A stretch of DNA of 64,000 nucleotides from an uncultured Nitrososphaeraceae archaeon (GTDB taxonomy: Archaea > Thermoproteota > Nitrososphaeria > Nitrososphaerales > Nitrososphaeraceae), in NCBI GenBank assembly GCA_964531845.1, contig CAZHFI010000001.1, forward strand, positions 14,454-78,453, given 5' to 3'. Position 1 is the first letter of the stretch; every line of letters begins with the position of its first letter. The notes under the pieces are model-generated. The model saw nothing but the letters and a program-made list of their open reading frames with translations, was not told the origin of the DNA and made no database searches. Of this stretch, positions 47,550 through 58,109 are shown piece after piece. Made by a program: the position numbers and the translations under genes.

Positions 47550-49142
47550 ATGAATGAAGTTTATAATAGTGTTTGTCAACAGGTCGCGTTAATTTTAGAT
47601 TCATCAAATAAAGATTTATCATTAACTGAAATAGTAAAGGTAATTAAAAAATCAGCATCCGAAAATAATTTAAAAGTAATTCCTAAAAATGAGCACATAA
47701 TACCATTTCTTAATGTAAACAGTCAATACCGCAGAAAATTAAGAGTTAGACCAACTAAAACTGCTTCTGGGGTCGCAGTAATCACGGTAATGCCAAAACC
47801 TTATAATTGTCCTCATGGAAGATGTGTTTACTGTCCCGGAGGAATTGAATATAATACACCATTAAGTTATGTAGGTTCTGAACCCGTTACAAAATTAGCT
47901 CAAAGCTTTGATTTTGAACCTTATCAACAAATAAAATCTAAGATACTAAACCTTAAAAATAGAGGTCATGATATAACAAAGATAGAATTAGTTATCGTTG
48001 GGGGAACTTTCCCTTTTATGCCAACAGAATATCAAAAAAATTTTGTAAAGTCATGTTTTAATTCCTTAAATGAAAATGAGGCTGCCACACTAACAGAAGC
48101 GTTAAAACTAAATGAAAAAGCAAATCTAAGATGTGTTGGTTTTACAGTAGAAACAAAACCTGATTACTGTAAACAAAAAAATATAGACATGATGTTAGAA
48201 TTAGGTGTTACTAGAATTGAGATAGGTGTACAAACACTACAGAGTAATGTATACAAGGTAGTAAATCGCGGACACAACTTAACCGATGTGATTGAAGCAT
48301 TTAAAATAGCTCGTGATTCTGGATACAAAATAGTAGCTCATATGATGCCAGGATTACCTGGGTCTTCACCAGAAAAGGATATAGAAGATTTCAAAAAATT
48401 ATTACAAGATAGCCAATTCAAACCTGATATGCTGAAAATTTATCCAACCTTGGTGTTAAAAAATACTGGACTATATAAGTTATATACAGAGAAAAAATAT
48501 ACACCCTATTCAGAAGATGATTTAATTAATATTTTAATCGAGGTAAAAAAAGTAGTACCAAAATGGGTACGAATTATGAGGATACAAAGAGAAATTGAAG
48601 AAAAAGATATAATTGCAGGTCCAAAAAATGGGAATTTAAGACAGATAATTCAGGGAAAAATGGATGATTTAGGAATAAAATGTAAATGCATAAGATGTAG
48701 AGAAGCAGGTTTGCAGTCTCGTTTTATTGGTGAAGACAATATAGTTATGAACAGGATTGATTACGATGCATCAAATGGGAAAGAAATTTTTTTATCAGTA
48801 GAAAGCAAGGACGAGGAAAGTATTCTAGGATTCTTGAGAATGCGAAACACATTTTCTCCTGGAAGGTCAGAACTATTGGACAGGAAACATCCTGTTAAAA
48901 ACTCGGTTGTAGTAAGAGAACTACATGTATATGGAAAACTGCTAAACATTGGAAGTGGAAAAAATAGTGAATCATTTCAACATAGAGGATTGGGGAAAAA
49001 ATTGATGTCGGAAGCAGAACGTATTGCAAATGATGAATTACATGTAAAAAAGATATCAGTCATAAGTGCCATTGGAACAAGGGAATACTATAAAAAAATG
49101 GGTTACTTCATAAATGGCCCATATGTTTCAAAAATACTGTAG
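47550..49142 (+). CDS. elp3: Elp3: tRNA U34 carboxymethyl-modification radical SAM + GNAT enzyme
   Basis: CPHGRCVYCPGG radical SAM cluster and the C-terminal GNAT segment QHRGLGKKLM. Length 530 aa. Confidence 0.9.
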   Translation: MNEVYNSVCQQVALILDSSNKDLSLTEIVKVIKKSASENNLKVIPKNEHIIPFLNVNSQYRRKLRVRPTKTASGVAVITVMPKPYNCPHGRCVYCPGGIEYNTPLSYVGSEPVTKLAQSFDFEPYQQIKSKILNLKNRGHDITKIELVIVGGTFPFMPTEYQKNFVKSCFNSLNENEAATLTEALKLNEKANLRCVGFTVETKPDYCKQKNIDMMLELGVTRIEIGVQTLQSNVYKVVNRGHNLTDVIEAFKIARDSGYKIVAHMMPGLPGSSPEKDIEDFKKLLQDSQFKPDMLKIYPTLVLKNTGLYKLYTEKKYTPYSEDDLINILIEVKKVVPKWVRIMRIQREIEEKDIIAGPKNGNLRQIIQGKMDDLGIKCKCIRCREAGLQSRFIGEDNIVMNRIDYDASNGKEIFLSVESKDEESILGFLRMRNTFSPGRSELLDRKHPVKNSVVVRELHVYGKLLNIGSGKNSESFQHRGLGKKLMSEAERIANDELHVKKISVISAIGTREYYKKMGYFINGPYVSKIL

Positions 49143-49147
49143 GCTAA

Positions 49148-50821
49148 ATGATTAATGAAAAAATCATTGGACGTGGAACATGGTTAGATAAAGTTGCAGA
49201 TACCATTATTGAAAGAGAAAAAAAAATTAATAGAAACTTAAAATTAATTAATGTTGAGAGTGGCCTAGGTGCATCCGGGATTCCTCATTTAGGAAGTATG
49301 GGAGATGCGGTTAGAGCGTATGGCATATCACTGGCATTAAAGAATAGAGGATATGATTCAAAATTAATTGCCTATTCTGATGATATGGATGGTTTAAGAA
49401 AGGTACCAGCAGGATTCCCGCAATGGTTATCTGATTATATTGCCATCCCAGTCTCCAAAATACCAGATCCTTTTGGGGATTGCCATGGATCCTATGGAGC
49501 ACACATGAGCGGTCTTTTACTAGAAGGACTTGATAGATGCGGAGTCGGTTATGAATTTAAAAGTGCACGAAATGTGTATGAAAGTGGATTATTATCCACT
49601 CATATTGATTCAATTTTAAAAAATAGTGAAATTCTTGGTCAAAAAATTGCCAAACTAGTCGGACAAGAAAAATACAATGCCATTTTACCATATTTTCCTA
49701 TTTGTGAACAATGTGAAAGACTTTACGTTGCAAATGCAGAAAAATATTTAGAACAAGAAAAAAAAGTAGTCTATTCATGTAATGGAAGTAAAATTGGAAA
49801 TAAACAGATCGCCGGATGTGGCCACAAAGGAGAGGTGGATATTTCACATGGTAATGGGAAACTTGCATGGAAGGTTGAATTTGCCGCAAGGTGGAGTGCC
49901 CTAGATATAAGGTTTGAAGCTTATGGAAAAGACATTATGGATTCCGTACGCGTTAATGATTGGGTTTGTGACCAAATATTACAATTTCCACATCCTCTAC
50001 ATATTAAATATGAAATGTTTTTAGATAAAGGAGGTAAAAAAATTAGCAAATCATCCGGGAATGTAATAACCCCACAGATGTGGTTAGAATATGGAACTTC
50101 AGAATCTTTATTGTTGTTATTGTATAAAAGAATAGCAGGTACGAGACATATAAGCTTAGAAGATATTCCATTATTGATGGATGAATATGATTTTTATGAA
50201 GATGTTTACTTTGGGAAAATTAAAGAAAGCAATACAGCAAAACTGTCAAAGATAAAGGGAATATATGAATATATAAATCATCTTAAAATTGATGAGTTAT
50301 CATTACAAATACATGTTCCCTATCGAATCCTTACTCAACAAGCATCATTGTTTGGTTCAGATATTGACAGATACGATAAAATATTTAATAGACTACAAAA
50401 ATATGGTATAATAGATAAATCTTTTACTATAATAAATGAGACATCAAAGGAAAATAAAACAATAATAAATGAATCACGAAAGAAATTATTAGAAAAAATT
50501 AAACTTTCATCAAATTGGACAGATAATGTAGTTAATGAAGAAAAAACTGAATTGAATTTGACAGAAATACACAAGAATATTCTTTTGCAATTACTGGAAG
50601 AATTAGAGAAATTCAAAGGCAAAGAACATTTAGAAGATTCTCCGCAGAATTTACAATCAAGAATATTCGAAATTGCAAGAAACAATGGAATTGAACCAAA
50701 AAAATTTTTCAAATTACTTTATAACATACTGATTAACACAGACAGGGGTCCAAGAATTGGAAATTATATAATGGATCTTGGAATAGAAAGAGCATCAATG
50801 ATAATAAAACAATATCTTTAG
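49148..50821 (+). CDS. lysK: lysine--tRNA ligase, class I
   Basis: PHLGS (HIGH-like) and KISKSSGN (KMSKS) motifs with class I LysRS architecture. Length 557 aa. Confidence 0.9.
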   Translation: MINEKIIGRGTWLDKVADTIIEREKKINRNLKLINVESGLGASGIPHLGSMGDAVRAYGISLALKNRGYDSKLIAYSDDMDGLRKVPAGFPQWLSDYIAIPVSKIPDPFGDCHGSYGAHMSGLLLEGLDRCGVGYEFKSARNVYESGLLSTHIDSILKNSEILGQKIAKLVGQEKYNAILPYFPICEQCERLYVANAEKYLEQEKKVVYSCNGSKIGNKQIAGCGHKGEVDISHGNGKLAWKVEFAARWSALDIRFEAYGKDIMDSVRVNDWVCDQILQFPHPLHIKYEMFLDKGGKKISKSSGNVITPQMWLEYGTSESLLLLLYKRIAGTRHISLEDIPLLMDEYDFYEDVYFGKIKESNTAKLSKIKGIYEYINHLKIDELSLQIHVPYRILTQQASLFGSDIDRYDKIFNRLQKYGIIDKSFTIINETSKENKTIINESRKKLLEKIKLSSNWTDNVVNEEKTELNLTEIHKNILLQLLEELEKFKGKEHLEDSPQNLQSRIFEIARNNGIEPKKFFKLLYNILINTDRGPRIGNYIMDLGIERASMIIKQYL

Positions 50822-50858
50822 GAAATAACAGTAATTAAAAATATAAATCCCAAAATAA

Positions 50859-51824
50859 TTGGATGTTCAAATGAATGTAATAATAATTTCTCATGATGCC
50901 GATGTAGACGGTATTTTTTCCATGGCAATAGGATTATTAAAATATCCACTAGCAAAAACTTTTTTGACTAGTTATGGTACAGAAAATATTAAAATTCTGT
51001 TAGATTTTATTAAACGATCTATTACAAATGATAATAAAAATATGATAATAATATCAGATTTAGGGTTAAATGAGAATCATTATGATATTTTTTTAAAAAC
51101 ATTTAGAAAAATTAAAGATAAAGTAAAAATTATTTGGATCGACCATCATAATTGGTCTCCAAAAATAGAATCAGATCTCAAGAAAGAAATGGAATTAATA
51201 TTAGATAAAAGTGGTAAAAAATGTGCTGCTGAAATAATGTATGATAGATTTGCACAGGATGATCAAACTGGTTTGATATTATCCAAAATTGCTCATACTT
51301 CAGATTTTCTTTCAAATGATCAATATCTTCCACCATTACCAGAAATTATAAAATATTATAATTCATTTTCATCTAAACAATCATTGTTATATAATTTGGC
51401 AATAAATGCATCTAAAGGTATTATTTGGAATACCAAAATGCAAATAGATTATAACGATTTCTGTGTTTTACGGGATGAAGCTAAAAAAACTGTCTTAAAA
51501 AATATCAGTATACAGAATCTTCATAATTATAAGGTTGTATTTGTAGAATCATCTCCGTTTTTACAAACAAGCATATTTTCACAAGAAGTTTTTAAAAAAA
51601 CAAAGGCAGATATCGCAATTTTTTATGATAATAATAAAAAAATTAGTATCAGAAGAAACAATGTTCAATTATCTTGCAGCGACATTTCAAATTACCTTAT
51701 TGATGGCGGAGGACATCCATTTGCAGCTGGAGGATTTGTAAAAACTGATTCTAACAACTTGGAAGAGATCATAAAAGAAATTGATATTTGCCTCGAAAAG
51801 ACATTAAATAAAGGACTCCAATGA
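50859..51824 (+). CDS. DHH/DHHA1 family phosphoesterase (NrnA-like)
   Basis: SHDADVDG, WIDHHNW and GGGHPFAAGG motifs. The ATG at 50871 (MNVIIISHD...) is a more likely start than the TTG at 50859. Confidence 0.85.
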   Translation: MDVQMNVIIISHDADVDGIFSMAIGLLKYPLAKTFLTSYGTENIKILLDFIKRSITNDNKNMIIISDLGLNENHYDIFLKTFRKIKDKVKIIWIDHHNWSPKIESDLKKEMELILDKSGKKCAAEIMYDRFAQDDQTGLILSKIAHTSDFLSNDQYLPPLPEIIKYYNSFSSKQSLLYNLAINASKGIIWNTKMQIDYNDFCVLRDEAKKTVLKNISIQNLHNYKVVFVESSPFLQTSIFSQEVFKKTKADIAIFYDNNKKISIRRNNVQLSCSDISNYLIDGGGHPFAAGGFVKTDSNNLEEIIKEIDICLEKTLNKGLQ

Positions 51825-51825
51825 A

Positions 51826-52452
51826 ATGAAGGAATATCAAATTGTAAAATGTGACCAAAGCGAAGATTTAGAATACATATCAGAGTTGATATCTAATGGT
51901 TCAATAATTGTATTTCCAACAGACACTATATATGGAATTGGGTGTAACCCATTTAAAAAAGAAGCAGTAGAAAAAGTTTACGCGATAAAAAAACGTGATA
52001 AAAACAAAGCACTTCCAATCTTAGTATCTACAATAGAAGATGCAAAAAAACTTATAAAATTAAATAATATCGGTGAAAAATTAGTTGAAAAATTTTGGCC
52101 TGGTGGTTTAACAATAGTGGGAAGGATCAAAGACGACATAACATTGCCTCAGATAATAACTTCAAATACAAATACATTAGCAGTAAGAATGCCGAATCAT
52201 AAATGTACTCTGAAGCTTTTAAAATTATGCAAATACTTGGTAGGAACCAGTGCAAATATTTCAAATTGCAAGCCACTAACAAGTAGTAGTGATATAATAA
52301 ATTCAAAATTGGAAGGTTTTGACATATTGATTGATGGTGATATTACCACAATTGGTGTTGAATCGACAATAGTAGATATATCAAATGGAAATGCCAAAGT
52401 GTTAAGAATTGGTGCGATACCTGTTGATAGAATATATGAAGTAATTAATTAG
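51826..52452 (+). CDS. tsaC: L-threonylcarbamoyladenylate synthase, short TsaC/YrdC type
   Basis: FPTDTIYGIG, LPILV, LAVRMPNH and GTSAN motifs. At 208 aa it has no Sua5 C-terminal domain. Confidence 0.9.
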   Translation: MKEYQIVKCDQSEDLEYISELISNGSIIVFPTDTIYGIGCNPFKKEAVEKVYAIKKRDKNKALPILVSTIEDAKKLIKLNNIGEKLVEKFWPGGLTIVGRIKDDITLPQIITSNTNTLAVRMPNHKCTLKLLKLCKYLVGTSANISNCKPLTSSSDIINSKLEGFDILIDGDITTIGVESTIVDISNGNAKVLRIGAIPVDRIYEVIN

Positions 52453-52459
52453 TCGGATC

Positions 52460-53002
52460 ATGTTTAATCTTCTTGTTACTACACCAAGATTTAGAGAGGA
52501 AAATGCCTCTGAAGAATTATTGGAGTTATTAATAGAGCTAGAAATTAATGAAAATGTAGAAATCAAAATAACGGATATTTCTGGAATTATAACTGGCTAT
52601 GTAAATGAAAATCCATATAAGGTTATAGAACAATTAAGAAAAGTTCTACATGAGAATCCATGGAAATTTAGATACATACTAAGAGTTATTCCAATTGAAA
52701 TTTTTATAGAAACAGACCTCGAAATGTTAGAAAAAAAAATTGAATCTTTAATAGTTGGTAAAATAGACGAAGGTCAAACCTATAAAATTGCCATAGAAAA
52801 AAGACATTCACATTTAAAATCAGACGAAATAATAAAGCATATAGCTCCAAAGATTAATTTTAAAGTAAATTTGGACTCGCCTGATTGGATAATATTAATT
52901 GAAATACTTGGAAAAATTACAGGTATTTCAATACTAAAAGAAGATCAAATATTTAGTTCGATCTTAGAGAAACGTAATATAAGTAAAGAAATTGAAGAAT
53001 GA
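52460..53002 (+). CDS. THUMP-domain RNA-binding protein
   Basis: The N-terminus MFNLLVTTPRFREENASEEL and the overall 180-aa layout resemble stand-alone archaeal THUMP proteins. Confidence 0.6.
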   Translation: MFNLLVTTPRFREENASEELLELLIELEINENVEIKITDISGIITGYVNENPYKVIEQLRKVLHENPWKFRYILRVIPIEIFIETDLEMLEKKIESLIVGKIDEGQTYKIAIEKRHSHLKSDEIIKHIAPKINFKVNLDSPDWIILIEILGKITGISILKEDQIFSSILEKRNISKEIEE

Positions 53003-53549
53003 TAATAAAAGTAATGAATTGAATAACAAGGAAATTTTCTTTTAATCAGGATCAGTTAAGACAGATACACATACCTCGAAGAATATTTTAGTATAGATTA
53101 TTGAATTCGATGCACAAAATAGTAATATTGATTATAGTTGATCAATAACATCCAATAAGTTAAAGTTTAAGATACAGGCAAGAATTATCTGAATAATACA
53201 AACAAATAAAAATCATTTTTTGTGTTTGTATAGGAATAAAAATTGCAATATGATCTTAAATTAGAGACAATTACTTATGTTTGTTAAATTCTTATAGATT
53301 TGCTACCTTTTATCAAGTTATAGGTAAGATTTATGTATCTATGGTTTTAATATTCGTAATTTATAGCTGTGTTATCAGGTAATCAAACTCTTAAAACCTT
53401 ATTATCATTTAGAATAAAAAAACAGATGGAAGTAATTGTGGATTGGAAAAATAGATGAATTCTTTATCTGTTAAGTGATTATTGAAATCAAAATAAAAAT
53501 ATAACAAATAGCTTTTATCCAACAACCAAATAATAAGAATAGATAAGAT

Positions 53550-54500
53550 GTGTATGTAAATCATTTATATAAAAAAGACATAGTTTCCATAAATGATTTT
53601 TCTCGTGACGAATTAAATAGTATTTTTATCCATACTGATAACCTTAAAGTTTTTGACCATGCATTTAAGGGGGAATTAGGCAAGGGACGAACATTAGGGT
53701 ATCTTTTCTATGAGCCTAGTACTAGGACGAGAATGAGTTTTGAATCGGCGATGGCATCGCTGGGTGGTAGTTCATTAGGAATCATAGACTCGAAAATTTC
53801 ATCTATAGAAAAAGGTGAAAACCTTGCAGATACGATAAGGATAATGGATATGTATTCAGACATCATAGTATTAAGACATCCTTTGGATGGTTCCAGCAAA
53901 TTTGCGGCAGAATTGGCAGAAAATCCCATTATCAATGCGGGAAGTGGAAGTGAAGAACATCCTACCCAAGCGATGCTGGACCTCTATACACTATTTAAAG
54001 AAAAGGGAAAGATTGATGGATTATCAATTGGAATAATGGGGGATCTTAAATATGGTCGTACGGTTTATTCCTTACTGTACGGATTATCCAAGTATGATGT
54101 GAAAGTTTACCTAATTTCTCCTCAAAGTTTGGCGGTACGTAAGGAGTCCATCTATGAGATTGAAAAAAGATTAGGAATAAAGGAATATGATTACTTATAC
54201 GATGATATCTTAAAAAAATTAGATGTACTGTATGTTACAAGAATTCAAAAAGAAAGGTTTCCAGATATTCAGGAATATGAAAAGGTCAAAGGAACATATA
54301 AAATTGATTTATCCACGTTAGATAAGTCTAAAGATGATCTTTCAATAATGCATCCTTTACCAAGAGTAGACGAGATTGATCATAAGATTGATCAAACCAA
54401 AAATGCGATCTATTTTAAACAGGCAAGATATGGAAAGGAATTGAGGGCAACTTTGTTGGCATTAATTCTAAATGAAAATCCTTTCAATGAAAATGAGTAG
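53550..54500 (+). CDS. pyrB: aspartate carbamoyltransferase catalytic subunit
   Basis: GTG start. FYEPSTRTRMSFE, HPTQA, HPLPRVDEI and LRATLLA motifs. Confidence 0.95.
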   Translation: MYVNHLYKKDIVSINDFSRDELNSIFIHTDNLKVFDHAFKGELGKGRTLGYLFYEPSTRTRMSFESAMASLGGSSLGIIDSKISSIEKGENLADTIRIMDMYSDIIVLRHPLDGSSKFAAELAENPIINAGSGSEEHPTQAMLDLYTLFKEKGKIDGLSIGIMGDLKYGRTVYSLLYGLSKYDVKVYLISPQSLAVRKESIYEIEKRLGIKEYDYLYDDILKKLDVLYVTRIQKERFPDIQEYEKVKGTYKIDLSTLDKSKDDLSIMHPLPRVDEIDHKIDQTKNAIYFKQARYGKELRATLLALILNENPFNENE

Positions 54501-55234
54501 TTCAATGTTGGTTATTTCAATATGCGGGTTAAGGATACATGATATGGTTATCCTAATTCTAATATAGTTACCTACTGTGAAACGACCATCAGTAGTCGTA
54601 GTAAAATACAGATGATAGATATATTTTTTTATATGACGGTAAATTATTTTCAAAATTCCATTGTTTTGTGTGTATGAATGGTTATATGTTAATCCAGAAG
54701 TGTACAGAAAATCGTTTCTAATACTGTGGTTATACATAAAAAATATCTTCGGTTATTTTTAGATTATAGCAACTAATTTGTCCAAGAAAACTGTCATTCA
54801 TAACGAGCAATGGAAATTCTTAACAACATAAACAATATCGTTGACTCTTTTTTGGAGTAAACTTGCTTATTGCTATGATTCAAATAGTTATAGGCTCAAA
54901 TATGGAAAAAAAATTTGTCCAACCTCGTTACTTTAGGCAATATTATCATGATGTTAGGTTATGTTGACAAACAATATTTACATCTATATTGTGAAGATAG
55001 ATTATTTTAGAGTAAACCGGCAGATTTAGAAAATACCAGAAAGTTTTGTTATTACTTTCTCACCAGAAAACAAATTGTTGATCTAATACAATTGGATCTC
55101 TTATCATATCATTATTAAAACCAATTAATTCAATATATTATTAGAAAATGAATAAATTATCTTTCAATATGAACATCGAAAATATTTTTCTTTGTAAATT
55201 ATAGAAATCCGAATTTGTGTATTGGATAAACATG

Positions 55235-57979
55235 TCATCCAGAAACACAACTACTAAACCCACATTCAATGCACATGTTACACCCCTCAGTTATTATCAA
55301 TTTAGATTTACATGATGGACATGATTCATGTTGATGTAATTCATTTCTCCCTGATTGAAATTGTATTTTTGAATAAAACGAATTTTCTGTCAAGTCTAAA
55401 TCTTTATCGTCGTTATCAATATTGATGTGTTGGTCTACCATGTAAAGATCATTATTTATGAGTGTATGAAATACATGTGATAATTGTTCAGATATATACG
55501 GATCTTTGATATTATTCATTAGGAAATTTGCCACGAAGTCGCTTGGTTTTACTACAAAGGTCTTTTCTTTATTATTTCCAGTAATATGTAAAACCTGTTG
55601 ATGACGAGATCCATCTCTGTACACAGTAATTCCTTTTAATCCCAATTCATGGGCTAACAAATAAGAGCACTTTACGTCGTCTACAGTTGCATCACCTGGC
55701 ATATTTATGGTCTTTGCGATAGCATTACTAATCCACTTTTGCCAGACGGCTTGAGCCATAATATGATCGGTCCAGTGAATATCCATCGCTGTAGTGAATA
55801 TATTTTGCACCCACTCGGGGATTTCAGATAAACCACGAACTGACCCATAGTTGTTTGAAATCTTTATCAAAATATCGTCGTTATACAATCCATTTTCTTT
55901 TAGTGTATTTTCAAAAACTTTGTTTGTATAGAAGAATCGGCCTACAGTAACTCGTTTTTCAAATACAAGTGCAAATGCGGGTTCTACTCCATTGGATGTA
56001 TCTGCTATCATGGATAATGTTCCAGTAGGGGCAATGGTAGTAGTCCAAGAATTACGGATCCCAAATTTTCTGATTTTTCCGATTAATGAATCCCAATCAT
56101 AGAAATGATTATTCTTTGGTATCTCGTAGTAACCAGCGACAGGGATCATGCCATTTACATATTCTGTTTCGGAAAACAATGGAAATGGACCTCTAGTTTT
56201 TGAAATGGCAACACTCTCTTCCATGCTGTAATACGAGATGGTTTCGGCTAATTTATTCATGAAATCATATCCTTCTTTAGATGCATATGGTATTCTCAAA
56301 AGAAATAGTAAATCGGCAATACCCATTATTCCCAAGCCAATTCTTCGAGTTAACTTGGTATTTTCATCAATTGCATTGACTGGATACTTGTTAACATCTA
56401 TAATGTTGTCTAAAAATCTAGTTGATAATCGAATTGTTTGTTCATACCTTTGCCAATCAAATTCATACAGTCCGTCAGCTTGTCTTTTTACAAAATTTGC
56501 GAGGTTAATTGAACCCAAGTTACATGATTCGTAAGGATATAAAGATTGTTCTCCACAAGGATTAGTTGCTCGTAGAGGGCCATACTTTGCTTTTATACAG
56601 GGATTATATTTATTTATGTTATCAAAGAAAATTACCCCCGGTTCAGCACTATTCCAAGCACTAAGAGCGATTAGATCTAAAAGTTGATGGGAGTCTATTT
56701 GTTTTATCGGTTCGTGTGTTCGTGGATTTTTTAATGTATATTTATGATTATTTTTATTTATTAATGACCTCCAAAAATCTTCCCAAACACCTACACTAAC
56801 GTTAAAATTCTCAAAAACACCCGGTTTAGTTTTTGCTGTAACGAATTTTTCAATATCTGGATGCCATGCTTCAAGAATTCCCATATTTGCCCCTCTACGC
56901 TTCCCGCCTTGTTTAACGACATCGGTGATTGTATCAATAATTCTCATAAAAGATGCAGGACCTGAAGCTACACCGGATGTTGAAGCAACAATATCTCCCT
57001 CGGGTCGTAAATCAGAATAGTTTATTCCCACTCCTCCACCAGATTTGAAAATCAAGGCAGCATCTGTAGAAGTTTGCATGATTTTCTCCATGTCGTCTTG
57101 AATGCCTAAGACAAAACAAGCTGACAGTTGTCCCAGCCTAGCACCAGAATTCATTAAAGTTGGGGTATTTGGAAGGAAGTCTTTTGAAATCATCAAATTA
57201 TAGTATTCTTGAATTTTATCTTGATAGATTTTCATCTCGTCTTCAGCAATGAGCTGGAGCAATGATTTAAAAGAGACTTTCATTCTTCCCTTTGATGCTA
57301 ATTGAATATATAGGCGTATGAGAGATTCAAAATGAAATTTATTTAAATAAAAACCACCTATTTTTAACTTCAAGTCAAAATTATCTATTTTTCCATAGTA
57401 TGATTTTGCTTCATCAATGTTTTGAATATGATTTTCAGTATTTGAAAAAATTCTTTGATCATGAAGTATATCCGAGATGGAAACCAATATTGCCACACGT
57501 TCAAACATTTGTTTTGGGCCTTCTATAATCTCGTTATTATTATCGCGGAGCAAATACCTGGATGCAAGAACACGTAACGAATTTACATCAAAAACCTTGT
57601 CAACTTCATCTAGATCAATTTTATTTAATATCTTTATCTTATCATCTCGAATTTTTCTTCTTTCATGTCTATATAAAATGTAAGCTTTTGCCGTATCAGC
57701 TAGGCCTTCCTCAATCAAAATAGATTCAACTATATCTTGAACATCTTCTACACTGGGGATAAGGGTCTTGTCTATTTGATTGCCTTGTTGCGCAAGTTTA
57801 TTGAATACTTTATTACTAAGTATTTCAGCTAACTCAAAATTAGATTTACCAGTTACAACTAGTGCCTTGTAAATTGCATGAGATATTTTTGATTGATCAA
57901 ATTGAACCATCCTTCCATCTCGTTTTTTTATTGTTAAAATAGTTTTATTTGCATTATTAATATCAGAAATTTCGGCCAA
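55235..57979 (-). CDS. nrdJ: adenosylcobalamin-dependent (class II) ribonucleotide reductase with N-terminal ATP-cone and C-terminal zinc ribbon
   Basis: TTG start preceded by AGGTGG. ATP-cone IKKRDGRMVQFDQSKISHAIYKA. Catalytic motifs GGGVGINYSDLRPEG and TNPCGEQ. C-terminal ribbon CPSCKSK...CNMCIECG. Confidence 0.95.
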   Translation of the reverse strand: MAEISDINNANKTILTIKKRDGRMVQFDQSKISHAIYKALVVTGKSNFELAEILSNKVFNKLAQQGNQIDKTLIPSVEDVQDIVESILIEEGLADTAKAYILYRHERRKIRDDKIKILNKIDLDEVDKVFDVNSLRVLASRYLLRDNNNEIIEGPKQMFERVAILVSISDILHDQRIFSNTENHIQNIDEAKSYYGKIDNFDLKLKIGGFYLNKFHFESLIRLYIQLASKGRMKVSFKSLLQLIAEDEMKIYQDKIQEYYNLMISKDFLPNTPTLMNSGARLGQLSACFVLGIQDDMEKIMQTSTDAALIFKSGGGVGINYSDLRPEGDIVASTSGVASGPASFMRIIDTITDVVKQGGKRRGANMGILEAWHPDIEKFVTAKTKPGVFENFNVSVGVWEDFWRSLINKNNHKYTLKNPRTHEPIKQIDSHQLLDLIALSAWNSAEPGVIFFDNINKYNPCIKAKYGPLRATNPCGEQSLYPYESCNLGSINLANFVKRQADGLYEFDWQRYEQTIRLSTRFLDNIIDVNKYPVNAIDENTKLTRRIGLGIMGIADLLFLLRIPYASKEGYDFMNKLAETISYYSMEESVAISKTRGPFPLFSETEYVNGMIPVAGYYEIPKNNHFYDWDSLIGKIRKFGIRNSWTTTIAPTGTLSMIADTSNGVEPAFALVFEKRVTVGRFFYTNKVFENTLKENGLYNDDILIKISNNYGSVRGLSEIPEWVQNIFTTAMDIHWTDHIMAQAVWQKWISNAIAKTINMPGDATVDDVKCSYLLAHELGLKGITVYRDGSRHQQVLHITGNNKEKTFVVKPSDFVANFLMNNIKDPYISEQLSHVFHTLINNDLYMVDQHINIDNDDKDLDLTENSFYSKIQFQSGRNELHQHESCPSCKSKLIITEGCNMCIECGFSSCVSG

Positions 57980-58040
57980 ACAATTCCACCTTACCTTATG
58001 TCTTTTTGAAAATCTGTAATTAAAAGATTTACCCTCATTA

Positions 58041-58088
58041 CAAGTGATAAAGAGTTACTAAAAATTTTTATAGAACTATAATAAATCC
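58041..58088 (-). promoter_or_regulatory. candidate shared promoter/operator block upstream of nrdJ
   Basis: The plus strand reads cAAGTGAT-AAAG..TACT..TTTT..AACTAT..ATAAAT. The same ordered blocks recur at 60262..60310, with an identical 32-nt offset between AAGTGAT and AACTAT. It contains a TATA-like CTATAAAAATTT in gene orientation. Confidence 0.3.
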
Positions 58089-58109
58089 AAAACCCAAATC
58101 AATAAAAAA

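Noticed and set aside
54495-54569. 24-codon frame overlapping the pyrB stop (MSSSMLVISICGLRIHDMVILILI) as a possible PyrI N-terminal relic
   Set aside because: Only 3 residues match the PyrI LxVxKIKNGTVIDHI consensus, and no downstream frame continues any PyrI similarity.
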